Made by a program: the position numbers and the translations under genes | The notes under the pieces: generated by a model | What the model was told of the DNA's origin: nothing | Database searches by the model: none | The model's input: only the letters and a program-made list of their open reading frames with translations | Part shown: one piece after another, positions 12,101-24,844 of the stretch | Layout of the letters: the number at the start of each line of letters is the position of its first letter | Numbering within the stretch: the stretch's first letter is position 1 | Assembly: GCA_951406725.2 (NCBI GenBank) | Contig: OX597825.1 | Span: 80,166,001 to 80,230,000 of the forward strand | DNA: 64,000 nt | Reading direction: 5' to 3' | From: Octopus vulgaris | Taxonomy: Eukaryota

Positions 12101-15100
12101 TTAAGGAAGTGATTAAGGTCAAGATTTCAAACCAGGTTTTTAATAAGGCATTTTTTATAACTTTTTAAAAAAAGGGGTCATTATATATGGAGAATATCAT
12201 AGAGCAGGAAGAAGATTTCACTGAACAAATCAGTAACAGTTTCAATTCCTTGTAGTGTATTACCTTTCATTTATGACATGGCATAGTGCATGGATTAATG
12301 ATTCAGGTGTGAAGCTAATGAAAGTAAGTTCAACTCTCAGGCCGGGCAATAAACTGTTCCTTACATGTTTCAGTCTATTCAGCCAAAAATGCAAGAACCC
12401 TACCACAGTTGCCTAAATGTCATGGAAAATGGTACAGAAGTCCCAGTCTGTCTTGTTATATAGGTGCAGGAGTGGCTGTGTGGTAAGTAGCTTGCTTAAA
12501 ACCATATGGGTCCGGGTTCAGTTCCACTGCGTGGCACCTTGGGCAAGTGTCTTCTACTATAGCCTCTGGCCGACCAAAGCCTTGTGAATGGATCTGGTAG
12601 GTGGAACCTGAAAGAAGCCCATCGTATTATATATGTTTGTTTGTCCCCAACATCGCTTGACAACCGATGTTGGTGTGTTTACGTCCCCGTAACTTGGTTC
12701 GGCAAAAGAGACCGATAGAATAAGTACTAGGCTTACAAGACAGACTTTATGCTAGAAATGTCTTTGATAAAAATATCGACATCATTACTCCAGCTTCTTT
12801 GTGTCATTTGTTCATTCCATGTCCATTTGCCATTCTAGCAACGGTTTGGGAGGAGATTATTTAAAGTTGGATGCTCTTCATGTTGCCAACCTTCGGCTGT
12901 TTTGCATGCAAGGGACTTCTTTACTTCGCAAGTCTTTCAAAGTACAGAGTGACTGGTCATAAAATCAACAAGGGATGCTCACATGAGCCCCACTCCACTC
13001 GAGTTGTGAAGAGTGTGGAATATTCTTTTATTTGTTTCAGTAATTTGACTGTGGCCATGCTGGAACACCGCATTTTGCCAAACAAATCGACCCCAGGACT
13101 TATTCATTGTAAGCCTAGTACTTATTTTATCGGTCTCTTTTGCCGAACCAAGTTACGGGGACGTAAACACACCAGCATCGGTTGTCAAACGATGGTGAGA
13201 GGACAAACATATATATATATACGATGGGCTTCTTTCAGTTTCCACCTACCAGATCCATTCACAAGGCTTTGGTCGGCCCGAGGCTATAGTAGAAGACACT
13301 TGCCCAAGGTGCCACACAGTGGGACTGAACCCGGAACCATGAGGTTGGAAAGCAAGCTACTTACCTCACAGCCACTCCTGCATCTATATAACAAGTTTCC
13401 CAAAGATTCTGACCAACAAATTCTTTCATAAGGAATTGGTTAGTCCAGGGCCATACCTGAAGCTGCTGAGCATTTGAACCAAATGCAAAATCAGATGACA
13501 GCAAAGTGAACTTAACCACATGACCATGCACGATCCCCCATGGATGGATACTTTTGGTGATGAAACATTAAACACTCGACCATTTACGATGCGTGAATGT
13601 ATAGTATCAACAAACATTTGGAAGTGCTTGGTGGGTCATCACTGATGCCCATAGCAACAACAACAACATCAACAGCAACCATGAACAAACACTGAGGTTA
13701 TACAGCAAATAATTTACTTACGCAGTTGGTAATACAATATGCTGCAGCCAGAAGGTTTTCCAACTTTTTCACAGGTGAATAAGCTAATTTGATTTGTGTC
13801 AGGTGATGTCTGATTAACTGGAGATCTTCTTTGCCTGGCGGACTTAAGTTGCCCTAGGTACAATAAATAGAAAAATAAATAATAATAATAATTTCGTTTT
13901 GGGATTTGGTTTGCAAGATTCTTTATGTGAGTTTGTGTGTTGAAGCATATTCTGTTTGTGTCTGGAGAGACTCATTCTCTTTTAGTGCCTTATAATGTAA
14001 CACACTCACTGGTAAAATTTCCACTTATTTCTTTTTTATTTAGAAAAATAAATAAGTAAATGAGTGGAAATTTTACCGGTGAGTGTGTTAAATTATAAGG
14101 CACTAAAAGAGAATGGCTCTCCCCAGACACAAACAGAATGATGATGATGATTTCAAGTTTTGGCACTAGGGCAGCAAGTTCAGAGGAGGGGGTTAAGTTG
14201 ATTACATCGAGTATTCCACTGGTACTTATTTTGTCAACCTCGAAAGGATGAAAGACAAAGTCAACATCGGCAGAATTTGACCTCAGAACGTGAAAACGGA
14301 CGAAATACTGCCAAGCATTTTGCCCAGAAGAAGGGGTTGATCAACACCATTAATCGCAGAACTAGACTGGGACTTTATTTTATCAACACCAAAAGACAAA
14401 ATCAACCAGGGTGGGATTTGCATAAAAACCAGTAAGAGAGATGGACAAAGTACCAACAGATAATATTTGAAATTTAGAAAAGAGGGAGAGGGCAAAATGT
14501 GAAGACTGCGCCAATTGTGTTTGGTTGTTTAGGGAGAGAATGGTCTAAAGTTGAAAGGAATTCAGTGCCATGTCAACGAAGAGATAGAAATGTTCACTAT
14601 TTAGGTAATAGGCTATCCAAACAATTTAGCAAATTGTAACTTTGACCCTAACATAATTTAGGACAAAGTTAATGGTTCTACTTACCCGAAGACCAAGGTC
14701 ACTCAAGGGCCGTGTACGAGCATAGACAATATTTTTATACAGAGTTTCCACACTTCCATTTCTGTAAAAGAGTTTTGGATTTAAATTTAAGTCAAGCAGA
14801 ATGTAGAGGTAAGAAAAAAATTGTTAATTTACAAGGAGGAGAAAACAAAGGATGAGAAGAAGCAGCAGAGGCAGCAGCAAACGTTCATGTTATTGGTGAT
14901 GGCTTATGATTTAATATTCTTAAAATATCTCTTTCATCTCTAAGATATCAAATCAATAAAATGGATTATTTTAGGATCCAAAACACATTGTAGTTTGTCA
15001 TTTTGTTTTCATCCATAAACTCAGATTTAATATCTGGATTCCCCACTCATTCATCTACTTTTCTGCTTGTATTAACAAGTGTTGATGGAGACCCTTTATG

Positions 15101-18100
15101 GCTGGATGCTCTTCCTGTCACTAATCCTCCCCTATTTCATCATCATTTAATGTCCGCTTTCCATGCTAGCATGGATTGGACGGTTTGACTGAGACTGGTG
15201 AGCCATAAGGCAGCACCAGGCTCAATCTGATCTAGCAAAGTTTCTACAACTGGATGCCCTTCCTAATGCCAACCACTCCGAGAGTGTAGTGGGTGCTTTT
15301 ACATGCCACCAGCACGGGGGTCGGTCAGGCAGTTCTGGCAATGACCACGCTCAAAAGATGTTTTTTACGTGCTACCGGCACTGGCAACGATCACGCTCAG
15401 ATGGTGCCTTTAACGCTCCACTGGCATGAATGCCAATCAGGTGGTACTGTCATCAGCCACGTCAGCGATTTTGATTTTGATTTCATTTGCTTCAACAAGT
15501 TTTCGCAAGCAAAGTTTATTGTCCAATGAATGAAGGGTACTCATAAGGGGGCTGGTTACACCCGCCAGCATAGGCCATGGGTTATGGCCTAATTTGGATG
15601 CCTTTTCATGAAAGATTGCAAATAGACAACACTTCTATAGCCCCAGGGCCGACCAAAGCCTTGGGAGTGGATTCATAGATGGAAAGAAGTGTGTGTGTGC
15701 TCTTGTCTGGGTTGCAAACAAGCATCTTTATCATAAAGGATGTTGTTCATTTCCAGTTTCCCATGAAAAAATGTGTTGCTCAGAAACAAGTGAGGGTTGG
15801 TGACAGGAAAGGCATCTGGCCATGGAAAAATCTTCCTCAACAAATTCTGTCTGACCCATGCAAACATGGAAAAGTGGACATCAAAATGGAAAAGAGGATG
15901 AAGAGAAATGAGACAATTTACTTCTTTTTTTTTTTTTTGGATAATTTTATTTTTAGGTTAGTTTTTGTTTCAAGACCTGCCATAAATCAACAGCTCAATA
16001 TTGGAAACTGAAGGACAATGTTTGATGAACTTAAGTGGAAAAATGAGTTTCTTATTGGAAGTGGCATCACGGATGCCTGGTGACACGACTTACTTAGTGT
16101 AATCAGCAGCCAGCAGTTGGTAGATGTGTTTCTTCAGAGGCAGGATGACACTTTCATGTAGTGAACTCTCAATAATGGCATCAATGTTCAGAATCTCATT
16201 GGCACCAAGCTGGAAAAATACAAGAAATGATTACGTCTACAACAACAACAACAACAACATAGTTTTTAAATATAGACTCGTCCGAGAGTGTCAAACATAT
16301 TTGGCTTTGTGGGCTGGATTGAAGAATAAACTAAACCTTACAGAAAATATAAGGATAATTATTCTTAAAAACCCTATTCATAATGGAGGCCATAGTAAAT
16401 AAATGAAGGGGTCGATATACATTATAACAACTTTATTAACAAGAAAGAAAATAAGGTGAGATGTTAGCGAAGATTGTGTGTAGAGATGTGTAGGCAAAAC
16501 TGATCCACATTAGACACATTCAGTCTTAAGAATGTTTCCAGTAAGAACAGAGATGGAAATTCTGCAAATGAATGCACACCGTTCTTGGGATGACAAATTC
16601 TTTGATAGAAAACTTGTACCATTTCAGTGGCAGAACCTTTCAATATCACTAGAATTCATTCAGATAAACATGTGTATACATTTGAGGTGAAGGAAAACGA
16701 AAAAAACTTTTTTTTGGCTCAACATGTATCGACAAAGTGAAAGGGGAATAGGTCACATCCTTTAGTCTCATGGATTCACAAGATTCTATTTCATTCCTTG
16801 AACTATGGAGGGAACCTGTGGTAGAGGTAGACCCAGGAAGACATGGAATGAGGTGGTGAAGCATGACCTTCAAATTTTGGGCCTCACAGTGGTAATGACT
16901 AGTGGCAGAGACCTTTGGCAATATGCTGTCCTTGAGAAGACTTGTCAAACCAAGTGAAATCATAGTCATGGCCGATGCTGATGTCACGTAATTGGCACCT
17001 GTGCCAGTGGCATGTAAAAAGCACCTTTCAAACACTGGGCCTCATGGAGGCAATGACCAAGACCTTTGGCATTATTGTCATGCTTGAGAAGAAGACCCAT
17101 GAAGTCGAGCAAAATTGCAGTCATAGAAGATAATGGTGTCACACATATGGCAGAAATCTTAAAATGGGTGAAGTTTCTTAGGTCAACCTGGTCAGATCTA
17201 ACGTCCCTGTCCAGTATTATATATATAGTGATACCTCACAGCGTGAGGTTAATTCATTCCATGACCAAGCTCATTTTATGATTTACACCTTTTTACAAAT
17301 CAATTTTCCCCAGTGAAATTAACTAAAATATAATTAATCCGTGGGTGCATATTACATGCCACTGGCACGGGAGTCAGTCAGATGGCACTGGGAGTTCTAA
17401 TGCTAGTTGTAAACAAGTGTCAAGGTCATTGAGGCAGTGATTCTTGTTACCAATCTTCCATGAAAACATGTCCAGCCAGGGAGAAATATTACCTTATTTG
17501 GAAACAGACAAGGGTTGGTGACAAGGAGAGCATCTTCCTGTAAAATACTTGCCTCAATGCAAGCTGACCAATCCTTACAACCGCATGAAAAAGTGGACTT
17601 ATAAAAAGAGCGGCTGTGTGGTAAGTAGCTTGCTAACCAACCACATGGTTCCGGGTTCAGTCCCACTGCGTGGCATCTTGGGCAAGTGTCTTCTGCTATA
17701 GCCCCGGGCCGACCAATGCCTTGTGAGTGGATTTGGTAGACGGAAACTGAAAGAAGCCCGTCGTATATGTGTATGTATATATATATATGTGTGTGTGTGT
17801 ACGTGTTGTGTGTCTGTGTTTGTCCCCCTAGCATTGCTTGACAACCGATGCTGGTGTGTTTACGTCCCCGTCACTTAGCGGTTCGGCAAAAGAGACCGAT
17901 AGAATAAGTACTGGGCTTACAAAGAATAAGTCCCGGGGTCGATTTGCTCGACTAAAGGCGGTGCTCCAGCATGGCCGCAGTCAAATGACTGAAACAAGTA
18001 AAAGAGTAAGAGTACTAAAAGAGTAAAACAAAAAAAGGGTACTAAACTCTAAGAGACCAGAAGCTTCAAGTAACTTGGGTCCTGTGTTTCTGACATTAAT

Positions 18101-21100
18101 AAGAAAAACTTTCTGACATGCAAGGGACTAACTAGGAAGGCCTGTAACAAACTTTACATCATGTAGCAATCAAAATCATTAAGGCTTGATGAAGTAACTC
18201 ACTCGACTAGATTCTCTCTTAATCAGTGTGTCTAAACCTTTCTGATTGTTGTGAAACAGGTAGTTCTTCATCCCAGTCATAAACTGCCGAACCTTAAAAG
18301 AAACAAACAGAAACATCAAAATATAACAAACAACCATTTCTGGTTACTTCATAAATAATTTTAGCAAACTAGCTCCTAAATTTTAAATTATCAGTTTCTT
18401 TTCCCAGTGAAATCAAGATGCAACACTGTTTCTTCTTGAAGAATCAAAAATGCAAATAATGCAGAAGTAATTAGACATCTTTTCTCCTAGAATTTATTTC
18501 ATTGGGGAAGTTGTGGAATAATTCCTTTCTCAGAGTTTCTAGATGTACAATTTGATTTCAAGATCCCATACTTCAGCAGCTTAACCTCAAAGCTATTGTG
18601 CTCTTTGGACATAAAATTACAAATTACAAATGTAGTTTGTTATTTCTCCATTAAACTTTTACTAAAGAATATTTTTCCTCAACACAAGAGAGAAGTTGTA
18701 AAAGTTAATGGCAAAATATACTTAATAATGCCGGTGGCAGATAAAAAGCATCATTCAGATGTGGTCGATGCCAGTGCTGACAGATTGGCTCCCGTGCCAG
18801 TGGCACATAAAAAGCACTATTTGAGTGTAGTTGATGCCAGTTCCACTTGACTGGCTCCTATGCTAATGGCACATAAAAAGCACCATTCAAGCGTAGTCGA
18901 TGTCAGTGCTGCCTGATTGGCCTCCATGCCGGTGACACGTAAAAAGTACCCACTACACTCACAGAATTGTTGGTGTTAGGAAGGTCATCCATCTGTAGAA
19001 ACCTTGCCAGATCAGATTGGAGCTTGGTACACAGCCATCTGGCTTGCCAGTCCTCAGTCAAACCATCCAACCATGCCATCATGGAAAGCAGAAATTAAAT
19101 TATGATCATGAATGAAAGAATATATTCCTTTGCCATCCTCGTTTAATTCCCATGTTCTATGCTGGATCAGATCGGATAGTTTGACAGGTACAAGAACTGC
19201 AATGTCATCTCATGTCAGCTGCCACATGGATGTCTGGATAATGCTTTTACAACTCCAGCACAAGAGAGGTCACAATGCATCTTGGCAAGAGTAATTTCCC
19301 TTTCAATTGAGCAAGGCTGAAGGTGAAAAAGGAAGCAGTTTTGTGCTGGGAAACGAGGAATTAAAACGTGAGAAAAAAGAAGAGAACATAACAGATTTCT
19401 TGTGGAGCTCCAAGGCTTTTCACATTACAGAGTTAAAGGTTGCTGGGAGATGATGGGGGGAGGGGGGGATAAAAACAAATAAGAAAATAATTTAGTAAAT
19501 AAAGCTTCAACTTTTCTTTTTGTGCATTTTAAAAGGCTGATGAGACTACTACAATATTACAGCACTAGACATAAGTTTCATAAACTGCAAAATAGAAATA
19601 TCCACACCACTACCACACCTGAAACGTACCTGTTATAACTCTTTGTCTCGATTTGAAGGTACGTGAAGGTATTTAGAATGCCCAAACTTATTTCTGCAAA
19701 TGGGCTAAGCACTGATGATGATCATAGTTTAATCAATAAACATAGGAGTGATGTAATGGCAGTAAAAATAGAAGGGGTCAATGGGGCCCCATTTAAGTGG
19801 CCCTTCAGAAATTGAACCTCCTTACGATACTCCCTGGGAGTTCATGGTATGAAATTCATTGTCATTGCTCCAGTTTGGTCACCAATACCATACATTTAGT
19901 TTAAAATGCAGTAAAAATAGAGGGGTCAGTGAGGCCCCATTAAAGCGGCCCTTCAGAAATTGAACCTCCTTGGAAGTTCATGGTATGAAATTCATTATCA
20001 TTGCTCCGATTATATCATGTATTTAAATACAGTAAAAATAGTATTTAAATACATGTATTTAATCTCTTATTATAAAAGGCAGATTTTATCTGCCTCCCTT
20101 TGGGAGTTATACAAATCTACAATATAGGATTTCTTCAATTACAATTTACCTTGCAGTTTTAAGAGTACAATGCATCGCGTAATGCCAGGTCCAGTTTTTA
20201 AAATTTAAACTCCAATTAAGCAAAATTTACAGAAAACTCACATTCTGGTGTGTGTGTCAAATGCTTTTCTTAGTCTGGTTTACACCACACGCAAACGCAC
20301 ACACACAGTGGGCAACGAATAAAATGAAAGTAAATTCACTTACTGTAGTGAGTGATTCTTTCACTCTGCCTCCCACTTCCTGTTTCAACACAGACACGCA
20401 AATATATAAATAAAATTGTAAGCTAACGTGTGTGTGTGTGAGTGTGTGCGCGTGTGTGTGTGTGTGAGGGTGTGTGTGTGGGTGTGTGCGTGTGCGTGAG
20501 TGTGTGACAGGAAAGTTTTTTTCGACGAATATAAGACCTATATCCAAGTAGCAGAAAGATAAGACAGTAAGGTGTGATTTGAGGGAGATTTGGCTGCTAT
20601 TTCTACCATGTCTACCTGCCATGTAGGGGTCTCCCTCATAGGCTCATACATACATAAATACATAGATAAGACAGTAAGGTGTGATTTGGGGGAAATTTGG
20701 CTGCTATTTCTACCAGGTCTAGCTACCATGTAGAGGTCCCCCTCATTGGCTCATATATATATACATACATAAGACAGTAAGGTGTGATTTGAGGCAGATT
20801 TGGCTGCTGTTTCTACCAGGTCTGTTAGGCCTTCTCATGTAAACTCAAGCTTTCTCATGCCTTGAACATAAGACCAAAGCAGAGAATGTATTCTTTTATT
20901 CTTCTGCTTTTTCCAGCCATTGGTCTGTGGCCATGCTGGGGCAATGCCTTGAAGAATTGTAGTTTAATGAATCAACTCCAGTTTTATTTTTGTAAGCATT
21001 GTACTTATTCTATCTGTTTCCTTTGTCAAACCACTAGGTGACAGGGATGTAAACAAACCAACATTCGTTGTCAAGCAGTGGTGGAGGACAATCACAAGCA

Positions 21101-24100
21101 CAGACACGCACACACACACACACATACATGCATACACATATACACACATACATACATACATATATATATATGTGTGTATATATATATTGCAGCGTGGAAG
21201 GTGTTTCTAAGCCATTTAAGAAACACACAAAAACCGTTACATTCACTTCAACATTTAAATTTAATTTGCCAAAATATTTTCGTCGCTTTGAGACCGCGAC
21301 ATGTTCACTGACAAAAATATCGTGCTAACAGGTCGCGGTCTCAAAGCGACGAAAATATTTTGACAAATTAAATTTAAATGTTGAAGTGAATCAAACGGTT
21401 TTTGTGTGTTTCTTAAATGGCTTATAAACACCTTCAACGCTGCAACTGTTTTCGTTCCAGCACACGATCTCAGATCAAGTCACTTGTTATGCAAGTACAT
21501 CTCTGTAACTATATATATATTTATATATATATATATATATGTATATTGGTAAAAACAGTAAGATAACAAAAGAAAGAAAGAGACCTCAATATTATGTAAA
21601 TAGAGGAAATCTTTATATATAAAAGTGAGGTTGTGTGTCTGTCTCCTACGATTTAGATTCCTAACTACTCCCACATTTTGCGGTGCAGTTTAACCAAAAC
21701 CGGGTATCTTATAGTCGTGATTCATATCGAGACCGTCTGGGTATTAGCGCGCGTCTACGATGAGTCTACGATTTAAAAAAAAATTTACCATCAATTTTTC
21801 CCATTTTTGACATATATAAGGGAAGTAACTCTCTAAAATTTATTATTAAATCTCATAACGTAAAAAGCTACAGTAACACCCCTCCCCTTTGTGGTTAGCC
21901 ATATTGAGATGGCTATTATACTTTACATCTCTAAAAATGCTTATATAATTATTTCCCTTACAAACCCGAGCAACGCCGGGCGATACTGCTAGTTTAAAAT
22001 GCAGTAAAAATAGTGAGGGGTCAGTGTGGCCTCAATTAGATTGGCCCTTAAAAAAATAGACCCTCCCCCTTAGGACAGTCTTTCTATAGCCAGTTACAAT
22101 GGTCATCTATGTACATTCTCTCTCTTTGCTTTCCCTGATTTCTTCTTCATTTCAGTTTCCCAGTCATTCCTTAGGGTTCAAGGTGCCCCCCCTCATATGA
22201 TATCCAGTGAACTTTGTCTGTTGTCTCCTCCTGTTATTATCTAGAAGTTTTCTGGTGGTTCCTGCCTGTTTAAGGACTTCCAAGAATATTTGTCACAGTG
22301 ACTAAAAATACAACTTTTCACTAAATTATTTCCTCAAATAGGCCCAAGAGTGGCTGTGTGGTAAGTAGCTTGCTTACCAACCACATGGCTCTGGGTTCAG
22401 TCCCACTGCGTGGCACCTTGGGCAAGTGTCTTCTACTATAGCCTCGGGCCAACCAAACCCTTGTGAGTGGATTTGGTAGATGGAAACTGAAAGAAGCCCA
22501 TCATATATATGTATGTATGTATGTATGTATGTGTGTGTATATGTTTGTCCCTGCCAACATCGCTTGACAACCAATGCTGGCGTGTTTACGTCCCCGTAAC
22601 TTAGCGGTTCGGCATAAGAGACCAATAGAATAAGTACTAGGCTTACAAAAAATAAGTCCTGGGGTTGATTTGCTCAATTAAAAGGTGGTGCTCCAGCATG
22701 GCCGCAGTCAAATGACTGAAACAAGTAAAAGAGTAAAAAAAAAAGAGTAAATAAAAACCAAAAACCTGCAAACAAGAAATACATACATTGCTCATGACAC
22801 AACGTGGGTTGCTTTCTTGACTTTCCTTTGTACATTCCACAAAATGCTGGATTTGGAGGCCAAAAGTATCCGGACTGGCTGCCAAGCTGGAGATTAGAAG
22901 GAAAAACAGAGAGGAACATGTGAAAAATAAAGAATAAAAGATTGAAGAATATAAAGCTTGGAATAGAATTTCTGTATTTCATCATTTGCAAATCAACAAC
23001 ATCATTTAACATTTGGTGTCCCCATCCTGGTATGGGTTGGACAGTTTGACAGGAGCTGGCAAGGCAGGAGGGCTGCACCAGGATCCAGTTGTCTGCTTTT
23101 GGTATGGATTCTATATCTGGATGCCCTTCCTTAAAAAGACTCCGCCGGTTACGACGACGAGGGTCCCAGCTGATACGATCAACGGAACAGCTTGCTCGTG
23201 AAATTAACGTGCAAATGGCTGAGCATTCCACAGACACGTGTACCCTTAACGTAGTTCTCGGGGATAATCAGCGTGACACAGAGAGTGACAAGGCTGACCC
23301 TTTGAAATACAAGTACAACTCATTTTTGCCAGCTGAGTGGACTGGAGCAACGTGAAATAAAGTGTCTTGCTCAAGGACACAACGCGTCGCCGGGAATCGA
23401 ACTCACAACCTTACGATCATGAGCCGAATGCCCTAACCACTAAGCCACGCGCCCTTCCTAACGCCAACCACTTTACAGAGAGAACTGGGTGCTTTTTACA
23501 CGGCACCAGTGCCTTATACAGAGCACTGGTGCTTGTTTTAGAAAAGAAAATTTTGAAACTGTAACAATTTCATAAATTACAATGAGTGACTTTAAAAGGG
23601 GTCGTTAGCAACGGAGGAGACCTTTAATGCAAAATTCTAGGTTTAGCATTAATTAACACATACTTCTATAAGAGATTGTTAATTATTTGTTAGTTTCATT
23701 GAGAGAAATTGAAAGTATTAATTTGTTTCAGTCAGACATTAGATTAATAATTTCAATTAAAAGTCAATATTATTCCAGAAATGTGCCAATTGCTACAAAA
23801 CACTTTGTCACCGAGTCCTAATATTGATATTTAACGAGCTCAACTTCTTAACGATTTCTTACATAATAAATACATGGTTTCTGATTAATAAAAGTGAAAC
23901 TAATTTGCATAATGGTTGATGCCTTTCTCAAGGAAATCAGTCAGATATGTAAGGTGTCAAATGGAAGAACTTCAACCAATAACTGAACCAATGCTGTGTT
24001 ATGAGTTCTTTCATCTTTTGTTCCTGTCATTAGACTGTGGCCATGCTGGGGCACTGTCTTGAAGAATTTTTTTAGTCAATGAACTGACCCGAGCAGTTAT

Positions 24101-24803
24101 CTTTTTAAAGTCAGGTACTTATTCTATTGGTCTTATTTGCCAAACCAAGAAGTTAGAGGGACATAAACATACCAACACTGGATGCCAAGCGGTGGATAGG
24201 AAATAAACATAGACACACACACACACACACACATGATGGGCTTCTTTCAGTTTCCAGCTACCAAATCCCCTCACAAGGCTTTGGTCGGCCTGAGGCTATA
24301 GTAGAAGACACTTGCCTAAGGCACCATGCAATGGAACTGAACATGGAACCATGTGGTTCAGAAGCAAGCTTCTTAACACCCAACCACAGTGTTCTACACT
24401 CTCTACATGTATAATCAATTGTCAGAAGACTGAAGACTGAAGTTCGTAAATAACGGTTGATACTCACTGAAGAACATATTCTTTCAGATTCATTCCAGGA
24501 CTTTTGTTTAGAGTTAATTGAAGGTGTTTGTCAACTGAAAATAGAGATAAACATGGATTAAGCATAACTGTTTCTGATTCTGGCACGCAGCTAGCAATTA
24601 CGAGGGGAAGGGCTTGGTTGGATTACACTGGCACCAGTATCTGGCTGGGACTTAATTTCATCGACCCTGGAAAGACAAAAGGCAAAGTTGACTGCACTGG
24701 AATTTGAACTCAGAACAAAGATCCAGAAGAGATACTGCAGTATACTCTGCCAGTTGCTCTCACAATTCTGCCAGTTCACTGCCTTACAACAACAACAATG
24801 ATG

Positions 24804-24844
<41 letters not shown>

